Source: Promethearchaeati archaeon | GTDB lineage: Archaea > Asgardarchaeota > Heimdallarchaeia > JABLTI01 | Assembly (NCBI GenBank): GCA_013166835.1 | Contig: JABLTI010000094.1 | Location: forward strand, 1-10,502 | DNA length: 10,502 nucleotides | Reading direction: 5' to 3' | Shown here: positions 1 to 6,867 of the stretch, in pieces | Position numbering within the stretch: the first letter of the stretch is position 1 | Layout: every line of letters starts with the position of its first letter | The notes under the pieces: generated by a model | Seen by the model: only the letters and a program-made list of their open reading frames with translations | Databases searched by the model: none | Told to the model about the DNA's origin: nothing | Program-made: the position numbers and the translations under genes

Positions 1-3
1 ATA

Positions 4-216
4 GTGAGACAAAACAAAACCAGAAGGATATTGCTAATCATCTTAGCTATATTCATGATACTTGTTATAATTCCAGCAATATTTTTGGGTGGATTTTTTG
101 TCATTTGTTTTTGGGGTGAAGTATCGGCTATTCTTATTGGAATAGCAATAATTATTGGTGGATTGGCATCATGTATTTTTGGAATCGGAATACTCATTAA
201 TCAAAGGTATAGATAA
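4..216 (+). CDS. Small hypothetical membrane protein (two hydrophobic segments); may extend 5' beyond the window
   Basis: Basic N-terminus (RQNKTRR) followed by two long hydrophobic stretches. GTG start at 4, but the frame is open to base 1 (ATA GTG). A T7 run follows the stop. Confidence 0.6.
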   Translation: MRQNKTRRILLIILAIFMILVIIPAIFLGGFFVICFWGEVSAILIGIAIIIGGLASCIFGIGILINQRYR

Positions 217-221
217 TTGTC

Positions 222-228
222 TTTTTTT
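222..228 (+). terminator. Oligo-T archaeal terminator candidate for the 4..216 gene
   Basis: TTTTTTT starting 6 nt after the TAA stop; U-tracts are the usual archaeal termination signal. Confidence 0.4.
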
Positions 229-229
229 A

Positions 230-244
230 GTCACATCTTGTGAC
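230..244. promoter_or_regulatory. Perfect inverted repeat GTCACA-tct-TGTGAC, candidate transcription-factor operator
   Basis: 6-bp arms with a 3-nt spacer, about 32 bp upstream of the TATA box at 276. Confidence 0.3.
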
Positions 245-265
245 CTCGTTTTGAGTCTTCAAAAA

Positions 266-284
266 GTGAATCCGCTTTATATAT
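266..284 (+). promoter_or_regulatory. Archaeal TATA box (TTTATATA, 276-283) for the small ORF at 321
   Basis: Consensus-like TATA. Expected TSS about 303-310, followed by SD-like AGAAGTGAT (307-315) and ATG at 321. Confidence 0.6.
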
Positions 285-320
285 CATTTAAGGTATAGTA
301 GAATCAAGAAGTGATTCATC

Positions 321-419
321 ATGAACGGAAAAATCAACATTAATAATGTAAAGAACCAAGTCAGAAAGGAAATTCAAAATCCTAAAAATCTCCCTATCAG
401 AATTATTAACGCTTACTAA
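321..419 (+). CDS. Unannotated 32-aa small ORF / possible leader peptide MNGKININNVKNQVRKEIQNPKNLPIRIINAY
   Basis: Translated by hand: ATG 321 to TAA 417-419. Preceded by a TATA box and an SD-like motif at sensible spacing, followed by hairpins. Not in the supplied ORF track. Confidence 0.5.
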   Translation: MNGKININNVKNQVRKEIQNPKNLPIRIINAY

Positions 420-463
420 GCAACGCAAGCCTAATAGTCAGTCCAGTATATTATGCTCGTTGT
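420..463 (+). other. Imperfect RNA stem-loop immediately after the small-ORF stop codon
   Basis: GCAACG(420-425)/CGTTGT(458-463), AGC(428-430)/GCT(455-457), TAATA(432-436)/TATTA(449-453): about 14 bp with one bulge and one mismatch. Confidence 0.4.
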
Positions 464-483
464 CTCCGAGAAAATCTAATTCT

Positions 484-548
484 GGAAAAGGTGGGGTTTG
501 TCAGGGACTCCAACCTTTTCCTTCTGGTTCTTGGTTGGTTTTTTCTTG
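484..548 (+). terminator. Stable hairpin (484-521) followed by a U-rich tract; terminator-like
   Basis: GGAAAAGGT-GGGGT (484-497) pairs with ACTCC-A-ACCTTTTCC (507-521): 14 bp with one bulge and one G-U. Followed by TTCTGGTTCTTGGTTGGTTTTTTCTTG. Confidence 0.6.
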
Positions 549-627
549 TTATTTGTGAGTAATTTTTTAAGTACATTCTTTTTAGGACAGCATGTATTTA
601 CGCACTATTCTGTGAGATGCTACTCTT

Positions 628-1569
628 ATGCCTAAGAAAAGTTCAGGTAAGAAATTGAAGCAAGTGAAACACGCAGAGATCTGGAAAGATATGACTGTTG
701 TTGAATTACTTGAGGAATACAAAAAAGTTGGTTTTAACGGCAAAGAACTTGCAAAAGCTCGCGATGTTTTGCAGTCTATGTTTGCTGATAAGGATTGCAT
801 TAAATTTGCTACTCTTGCAGGAGCACTTGTTCCTGGTGGTTTAAAGAAGGTAATCTACTCTCTTATCGAAAACGATTTCGTTGATGCATTAATTGTTACC
901 GGGTCTATTTTGACTCATGATTTGATTGAAGCCTTTGGTGTTGCTCATTTTCATGCTCCCTTAGAAATTCCTGATTATGAATTACACAAGGAAGAATTGA
1001 ATAGAATTTACAACGTTGTAGTTCCTACTAAGGGTTACCGTGTACTAGAAGATGGTCTACAAGCAATCTTCCCTGAGCTTCCACAAGAGACAATGTCTGC
1101 TGCAAAATTCCTTCATGAGCTTGGAAAAAAGATGCCTACTAATTGCTTGGTAAAACTTGCTGCTGAGAAGAACATTCCTATTTTCTGTCCCTCCTTACCT
1201 GATAGTATCCTCGGTTTTCAAATTTGGATGTTTTCCAATCTTCATAAATTAAAAGTGAATCCTGCTTTAGATCAACAAGATATACTTGATTTTACCTGGA
1301 AAACAGATGATGATCAAACCAAGGTCGGGGCCTTAATAGTCGCTGGTGGAGTACCAAAGCATTTCCTAGCAATGGCTGCTCAAGTTGCTGGTAAAGCGCT
1401 TGATTATGCTGTTCAAATTACCATGGACCGTCCCGAGCATGGTGGAGTTAGTGGTGCTTCCACAAGTGAAGCTATTTCCTGGGGAAAAGTTGATGAGCAT
1501 GCAAAAACTGCGAATATTATCGGTGATGCAGCCTTAGTGTTGCCATTATTGCTTGCTTCTCTGCTCTAA
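628..1569 (+). CDS. dhs: Deoxyhypusine synthase family protein
   Basis: DHS motifs GALVPGG, TGSILTHD, NRIYN, PIFCPSLPDS, GGVPKH, and SGAxxxEAISWGK with the catalytic Lys intact. Confidence 0.93.
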   Translation: MPKKSSGKKLKQVKHAEIWKDMTVVELLEEYKKVGFNGKELAKARDVLQSMFADKDCIKFATLAGALVPGGLKKVIYSLIENDFVDALIVTGSILTHDLIEAFGVAHFHAPLEIPDYELHKEELNRIYNVVVPTKGYRVLEDGLQAIFPELPQETMSAAKFLHELGKKMPTNCLVKLAAEKNIPIFCPSLPDSILGFQIWMFSNLHKLKVNPALDQQDILDFTWKTDDDQTKVGALIVAGGVPKHFLAMAAQVAGKALDYAVQITMDRPEHGGVSGASTSEAISWGKVDEHAKTANIIGDAALVLPLLLASLL

Positions 1570-1575
1570 TCTGTC

Positions 1576-1611
1576 TTCAAAATTGAAAAAGTGTTCAATT
1601 TGTTTTGAACA
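1576..1611. repeat. Alternating TTCAA/TTGAA inverted-repeat array between dhs and tfe
   Basis: AAATTGAA(1580-1587)/TTCAATTT(1594-1601) overlaps TGTTCAA(1592-1598)/TTGAACA(1605-1611). Confidence 0.3.
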
Positions 1612-1673
1612 TAAAAGAAAAGATAAAATACTAAGAAGACCATATATTATATAGTAAATAATGTAGTAGTGCT

Positions 1674-1687
1674 CAAAAGCTTATTAT
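1674..1687 (+). promoter_or_regulatory. BRE-TATA promoter candidate for tfe (CAAAAG-CTTATTA); a second TATA-like element lies at about 1642-1653
   Basis: Purine-rich BRE abutting a TATA-like box. A near-identical motif precedes thrS on the minus strand. Confidence 0.45.
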
Positions 1688-1760
1688 GTATTTAGAAATC
1701 ATTTTGGTCGATTCATATACCAAACAGCCATATTTGTACATTGGAGGAAATGAATTCTTA

Positions 1761-2396
1761 ATGTCTACTCAAGACGCCGATTATAACCTATTGGAATCCG
1801 TTGTTCGTGAAATTGGGGGAGACGACGCAGTAAAAGTAGCAGGATTATTAGATCCGAAGGAAGAAACTACAGATGAAGCTATAGCTGCTGGAGCTGAAAT
1901 GAAGCTTAATGCTGTTCGTAAAGTTCTTTATCGATTATATGATGCGCGTCTTGCCGAATTTCGACGCATTCGAGATAAAAGCACGGGTTGGTTCATCTAT
2001 TTCTGGCGTCTTAAACCACAGAGAGTAGAAGAGCTTGTTATTAATCGAAAGAAAACTGTCTACGTTAAATTAAAAGCACGATTAGATTATGAACAAAAAT
2101 TCCATTTCTTCAAATGTGAACAAGATTATTGCCCAAGATATACTTTTGATGAAGCCATGGAAAATAACTTCAAATGCCCTGAATGTAATGGTGAACTTCG
2201 AGCTTTTGACAATTCTGAAATCATAAAGAAGCTTAGTAAGAAAGTAAAAGAACTCCGAAAATCTTTAGAAAAATCCGGAGCCAATGTAGACGAAATAGAT
2301 AATGGCATTGAAGAAGAAACTGGTAAAATTATAGCACCAGATCCAGCTACTGCAGCAGCTGAAAGTACTGGCAACAGCAATCAGGGGTCAAAATAA
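1761..2396 (+). CDS. tfe: Transcription factor E (TFE alpha, TFIIE-alpha homolog)
   Basis: Winged-helix motifs TDEAIA...LNAVRKVLYRLY...RxRDxxTGWFIYFW and Zn ribbon C-x4-C...FDEAMENNFKCPECNGEL. Start moved from 1686 to ATG 1761: GGAGG lies at 1743-1747 and the first 25 ORF-track residues are not TFE-like. Confidence 0.95.
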   Translation: MSTQDADYNLLESVVREIGGDDAVKVAGLLDPKEETTDEAIAAGAEMKLNAVRKVLYRLYDARLAEFRRIRDKSTGWFIYFWRLKPQRVEELVINRKKTVYVKLKARLDYEQKFHFFKCEQDYCPRYTFDEAMENNFKCPECNGELRAFDNSEIIKKLSKKVKELRKSLEKSGANVDEIDNGIEEETGKIIAPDPATAAAESTGNSNQGSK

Positions 2397-2463
2397 AGAA
2401 CGTATTCTCTATTTCTATTTGTAAAATGAAAAGAACTTTTTGAGGTTTTTATTATTGAAAAAA

Positions 2464-3228
2464 ATGAAATTAATGACTAAAGTGTATACAAAGAAAACAG
2501 AGACTTTTAGTCTTCTGAAAAGAAATATCGAAAACGATGTTAAAGACCTCGATGTGAAAATTACTTCGATAGTATTCGGAGATGATGGATTTGTAAGCTT
2601 AACTTTGGAAGGCGAAGATGAACTTGCTGCTTACAATTATCTAGGATCACTTTACGGGAAAAATACCGATCTTGGGGAGTTAAAAGATGGAGATACCATT
2701 AAGGGTTATATTTGTTCCAGTGGGAAAGTTGGATTTGGAATTTTTGTTGATATAGGTATTAAGGAACCCTATAGTGTCGATGCCTTATTACCACTCTTCA
2801 GTTTACGAAATCAATTAGTTGGCGGAAAAGCTATTCCTGTTAGAAAAATCATCAAAATGTTTGGGTTAATTGATAACTTCCCAATTGAGATTACCATGGA
2901 AAAGGTTAGTATTGGATTAAAGAAAATCGAAGCTCAGCTCTCACAAAAACAAGTTGAAATTTTCGAGGAATGGAAAGAAGAGGGTTTAGATAAATTACTA
3001 ATATTTGGAGCCTATAAGGATGAAATAGTATCAGCTCTCACTAAAACTAATCACAGTAAAGACATTATTTCAATTGATAACCTTGGGTGGATGGAAAATG
3101 TTATCACTTGTAAGTTTAATACAAACGCTAAAGGGCTCATACCTTCAATCGGCAAGATTCTGCATAAAGCTAGATTCGAGATTTTTTCTCCATCATTTAT
3201 AAGAAAAACTCTGAAAGAAATTCAATAG
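2464..3228 (+). CDS. DUF2110 family archaeal protein (S1/OB-like central domain)
   Basis: LEGEDExAAxNYL, GKVGFGIFVDIG, DALLPLFxL, PVRKIIKMFGLIDNFPIEI match my recollection of DUF2110, and the position after tfe is typical. ATG 2464 preferred over TTG 2440. Confidence 0.82.
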   Translation: MKLMTKVYTKKTETFSLLKRNIENDVKDLDVKITSIVFGDDGFVSLTLEGEDELAAYNYLGSLYGKNTDLGELKDGDTIKGYICSSGKVGFGIFVDIGIKEPYSVDALLPLFSLRNQLVGGKAIPVRKIIKMFGLIDNFPIEITMEKVSIGLKKIEAQLSQKQVEIFEEWKEEGLDKLLIFGAYKDEIVSALTKTNHSKDIISIDNLGWMENVITCKFNTNAKGLIPSIGKILHKARFEIFSPSFIRKTLKEIQ

Positions 3229-3233
3229 TCAAT

Positions 3234-3902
3234 TTACTTTTCTGAAGGTTTTTTCTCCTTTAAATCAGATTCTTTCTTTGGAGTTTCACTAATTAACTCG
3301 AGAAATTTGACATAAATGATTTCAGAAATCTCTTCAATACTTTTCTCAGCATTAATCAACAAGTAATTACCAATTGTGTCTAATTGGAAAAGTTCCAGAA
3401 ATAAAGCTCTCACGTCTCGCAAATACTGCATTCCTTCAAACGTGTTCGCACTTTCCCGATCTCTCATGATTCGTTTGATGGCAATTTGAACATCAAGGTC
3501 AAAAATAATAGTCAAGTCTGGCTCTGGAAACTTCTCTCGATTAAGTTCAAGTATACTAATCCAATCATTGTCTTTTCGAACACCTTGATAACAAGCAGTT
3601 GAAAAAAAGTATCTATCTAGAAAAACAATCTTTTTTTCAGCGAGTGCTGGAAGAATTCTTGTGGTTACATTCCATTCTCTGTCTTCAATAAACCATTGTA
3701 GTTCTTGTTCTAGTGTTGCTCTACCTTTTACGTAACTTGCTCTGATTTTTTTCCCAGCTTCAGTTTCATTTGTTGGTTCTTTGTACATTACTACAGAATA
3801 GCCTAATGTTTCAAGGCGTTCTTTTAGTATGTTTGCCATTGTAGTTTTTCCAGTACCATCGATGCCTTCGAAAGCAATGAAGAAACCTCTTTTTTGTTCC
3901 AC
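3234..3902 (-). CDS. tmk: Thymidylate (dTMP) kinase
   Basis: FIAFEGIDGTGKTT P-loop, KEP, DRYFFSTACYQG, PDLTIIFD. GTG start with AAGGA upstream. Confidence 0.95.
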   Translation of the reverse strand: MEQKRGFFIAFEGIDGTGKTTMANILKERLETLGYSVVMYKEPTNETEAGKKIRASYVKGRATLEQELQWFIEDREWNVTTRILPALAEKKIVFLDRYFFSTACYQGVRKDNDWISILELNREKFPEPDLTIIFDLDVQIAIKRIMRDRESANTFEGMQYLRDVRALFLELFQLDTIGNYLLINAEKSIEEISEIIYVKFLELISETPKKESDLKEKKPSEK

Positions 3903-3968
3903 AACTATCTATCCTTTAGTTTATCTCAATACTCTATGTCAAATCATCAATTAATAAGTATTAGTTTT

Positions 3969-5849
3969 TTAATTCATTTGGGAAAACAGTGGTTGTAGTG
4001 AAACCAGCATTGGTAGAGTTAATGGAACAAAAGGAAGATCTTTAGTTTCATCATTAATGCGTTTGATAAGAGCCTTCTCTGTGAATGGTTTTTCTTCTTG
4101 ATCCTTTCGAACACGAACGTTGAATTTATTTGATGCTAATTCTTTTTCACCAATAACAATTACATAGGGAATCCATTCTTGTTCTGCTTTCCTAATTTTC
4201 TTTCCAATCCTTTCAGAGCGATCATCAATATCAACGCGGATTTTTTGTTTGGTTAGTTTATCTGCAAGTTTCTTGCAATGAGAAACAAAGTCTTCGTTGA
4301 CCGGTAATAAGCGCACCTGAACTGGTGAAAGCCACACAGGAAACATTGGTTTTTTACCTTGAATTTGCTCAGTATATGCTTTTTCAAGAATAGCATAAAC
4401 AACTCGTTCTATTGCTCCAGATATGCTGGTATGAAGCAAATAGGGTCTTTGTTTTTCGTTGTTTTTATCAACGAAACTAATATCGAATCTTTCTGCATTC
4501 TCAACATCAATTTGAACTGTGCTTAATGCAGCTGCTTTGTCTTGGTTGTCAACAAAGTTGTATTCGAATTTAGTGATGAAATAAGCGAATCTTTTATCGA
4601 AGAGTTCAATCAGTGCAGGACGCTTTCTTTCCTTAACCATTTCTATATACCAGTCTTTGTTTTCCTCAAAGAAGTCTTTTTGTGCACGAAATGCTGATTC
4701 ATAATCTAATTCAAAAGCATCTAGATTCTCCGCTGAAAGTCTGTATTGTTCTACGAAGCATTTTTTAGCGCTTTTTAAATCCCCTGCGATGGTATGCATA
4801 TCTGGCATGGTAAAGGTTCGAAGTCGTCGAAGCGCTGCTAATTCTCCTCTTTGTTCTCGTCTAAACGAATAATGAGTCATCTCAAATAGCTTTACTGGAA
4901 GATTATGGTAAGTGATGTGTGCATCAGCACTTATCAGAAATTGTCCGAAGCATGCTGCAAAACGCAAGAAATAATTATCAGTTCCAGATTTCAAAACATA
5001 TTGTCTTGCTGGGAATCGATGCATATATTTCTCTATTGCAGGATGAGTATAACTATACATTATAGGGCTCTCAATTGGCATAGCACCATATGCAATTGTC
5101 ATGTCCTTAACTAATTCCTCAATAAGATATTTCATCATCCAGCCTTTAGGATACCAACGAAAGTTTCCGGCATCACTTCCTGGTTCATAATCAACTAATG
5201 ATAATTTACGCATTAATTCTGCATGAGGTGGCGGGATATCTGATTTTCTTTGTTTTTGTATTTCGTATTTTGCGAATTTACCTAGGTTTTTGTACTTGCT
5301 AAAATTATAATCTTTTACTGGAGTAAGGGTACCATCAGGATCCATGATAAAGAATTCATGCTTTGCTGCTTGTTCAGCCTGTAATGATTGACTCTCAGCG
5401 ACTTCATCCTTCTTCTCAGCATCTTTTTCTCCTACTGTAATAGTTCGAGAAAGTTCAGATAAAGGATGACCTTTGCATTTAATATCGAATGCTTTGTACC
5501 AACCAAATGGAGCTCTTGTAACTGTATATCCTTTTTTCTTGAGATCAGCTTCCATATTCTTTAGTACTCTAAGTGCAACATCTGGTCTCGAGGGTTTATC
5601 AGATAAGTGTACCCAAGGATAGAGAACAATGTTTTTAGTTTTGACTTGTTCAGATACTGATTCAACCTCAGTAACAGCTTTCTTACTTATTTCATCAAAG
5701 TGGTCTTCATCACCACTTTCCACAGAAGAAAGAACCACTATACATTCTTCTACTCTGCTTAATTTCTTTTCAATTTCCTCTGCAGCTTTGATTGCTTTTC
5801 TTTTTGGTTCAAATTCTATGAAATCCGAATGTACGGTTAAAATTCGCAA
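3969..5849 (-). CDS. thrS: Threonyl-tRNA synthetase, archaeal type with N-terminal DTD-like editing domain
   Basis: N-terminal RILTVHSD, YPWVHLS, RAPFGWYKAF, CKGHPLSELSR; catalytic RFAACFGQF, SFRREQRGE, RLRTFTMPDMH, HTSISGAIER; anticodon-binding C-terminus. True start probably TTG 5849, with SD AGGTGG (5861-5856) 6 nt upstream. Confidence 0.97.
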   Translation of the reverse strand: MRILTVHSDFIEFEPKRKAIKAAEEIEKKLSRVEECIVVLSSVESGDEDHFDEISKKAVTEVESVSEQVKTKNIVLYPWVHLSDKPSRPDVALRVLKNMEADLKKKGYTVTRAPFGWYKAFDIKCKGHPLSELSRTITVGEKDAEKKDEVAESQSLQAEQAAKHEFFIMDPDGTLTPVKDYNFSKYKNLGKFAKYEIQKQRKSDIPPPHAELMRKLSLVDYEPGSDAGNFRWYPKGWMMKYLIEELVKDMTIAYGAMPIESPIMYSYTHPAIEKYMHRFPARQYVLKSGTDNYFLRFAACFGQFLISADAHITYHNLPVKLFEMTHYSFRREQRGELAALRRLRTFTMPDMHTIAGDLKSAKKCFVEQYRLSAENLDAFELDYESAFRAQKDFFEENKDWYIEMVKERKRPALIELFDKRFAYFITKFEYNFVDNQDKAAALSTVQIDVENAERFDISFVDKNNEKQRPYLLHTSISGAIERVVYAILEKAYTEQIQGKKPMFPVWLSPVQVRLLPVNEDFVSHCKKLADKLTKQKIRVDIDDRSERIGKKIRKAEQEWIPYVIVIGEKELASNKFNVRVRKDQEEKPFTEKALIKRINDETKDLPFVPLTLPMLVSLQPLFSQMN

Positions 5850-5918
5850 AATTAACCACCTTATTATTGAATGAGAGTACAACCTTTGCTGTACTAATTG
5901 AATTCTTTCCTTGCATGT

Positions 5919-5937
5919 ATTAATAAAAGCTTTTGGG
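5919..5937 (-). promoter_or_regulatory. BRE-TATA promoter of thrS (CCCAAAAG-CTTTTATTAAT on the minus strand)
   Basis: Consensus-like BRE plus TATA about 70 nt upstream of the TTG start. Confidence 0.55.
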
Positions 5938-5968
5938 AATATGGTAGAATAGGATTATATTAGTGAAA

Positions 5969-6790
5969 TCACTTGAACATTTTTAGCATTGCAAAGTCAA
6001 TAAGTGATGAGGGTAAAAACTCCAAAAGCCGTCTTCCTTTATTATTCTTAATTTTATATCGTGCTCTAGGTCGTTTCTTATGTAGAACTCGATAAACAAC
6101 TTTTGCTATATCCTCAGGTTCAGCACACGTATCAAATTCCTTTTCACATGTCGGAATCACTTCAGCAATTAGTTTTGGGAAAAGAGTTTTCTCGATATCA
6201 ATTTCTTCAGCATAACAGGTATAAGTTCTTTCTAGAAATCCTGTATTAACTGCGCCTACCTGTAAATGAATTACTTTGATTCCTAGAAACATTAATTCTC
6301 TTCGAAGAGAATCTGAAAAAGCTTCTAGTGCATATTTACTCATGGAATATGGTCCATTCACCGGAAAACTAATTCTTCCTGCTTCTGATCCCATATTGAT
6401 TATACGTCCTTTGTTTTCTAATAAGAGTGGAAAAAGAATTTTGCTCACTCGAAATGGTCCTAAGACATTAACATCTATGATCTTCTCAACATCTTTTTCA
6501 CTCATTTCAACTAAAGGTCCACCGACAAACATGCCAGCATTATTTACTAACCCGTCCAAACCTTTTGCAGTTTCACTGATTTTATCCTTAACATCAGAAA
6601 TGGATTTTGAATCAGTAACATCAAGATAGTAAGTAATGATATTTGGTTTACCATTAAGAGCAGCTAAGGTTTCTTTATTAAAATCCGTGGCAATTACCTT
6701 GTCACCTTTTTGAGCAAGATATTCTGTTATTGCTAATCCTATACCACTAGCTGCACCTGTAACAAGAACTGTTTTAGCTTTCTTAACCAT
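5969..6790 (-). CDS. Classical short-chain dehydrogenase/reductase (17beta-HSD/retinol-dehydrogenase-like subgroup)
   Basis: TGAASGIG, NNAG, catalytic S...YSMSK, EAFSDSLRREL, C-terminal PRARY. ATG 6790 preferred because AGAGG directly abuts the 6802 ATG. Confidence 0.9.
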   Translation of the reverse strand: MVKKAKTVLVTGAASGIGLAITEYLAQKGDKVIATDFNKETLAALNGKPNIITYYLDVTDSKSISDVKDKISETAKGLDGLVNNAGMFVGGPLVEMSEKDVEKIIDVNVLGPFRVSKILFPLLLENKGRIINMGSEAGRISFPVNGPYSMSKYALEAFSDSLRRELMFLGIKVIHLQVGAVNTGFLERTYTCYAEEIDIEKTLFPKLIAEVIPTCEKEFDTCAEPEDIAKVVYRVLHKKRPRARYKIKNNKGRRLLEFLPSSLIDFAMLKMFK

Positions 6791-6867
6791 AATTAGGAAC
6801 ATCCTCTAATAGTTAGTAATAACTGAAATTTTAGTTGAAATATTGACATCCTTTTTCTTAAAATTAC

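Noticed and set aside
420-548. tRNA, SECIS, tmRNA or known riboswitch identity for the hairpins
   Set aside because: No cloverleaf or T-loop, no in-frame UGA gene nearby, and no aptamer consensus I could recognise.
352-558. Stop-free +1 frame overlapping the small ORF and hairpins
   Set aside because: No ATG, no convincing slippery site and a non-protein-like translation; not called as a CDS.
582-800. 72-aa minus-strand ORF
   Set aside because: Antisense shadow of dhs with no recognisable motifs.
2126-2380. 84-aa minus-strand ORF
   Set aside because: Antisense to tfe; Ser/Phe/Leu-rich composition typical of shadow frames.
4905-5114. 69-aa plus-strand ORF
   Set aside because: Antisense within the thrS catalytic domain.
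5629-5874. 81-aa plus-strand ORF
   Set aside because: Antisense within the thrS editing domain.
6276-6629. 117-aa plus-strand ORF
   Set aside because: Antisense to the SDR; open antisense frames are common in SDR genes.
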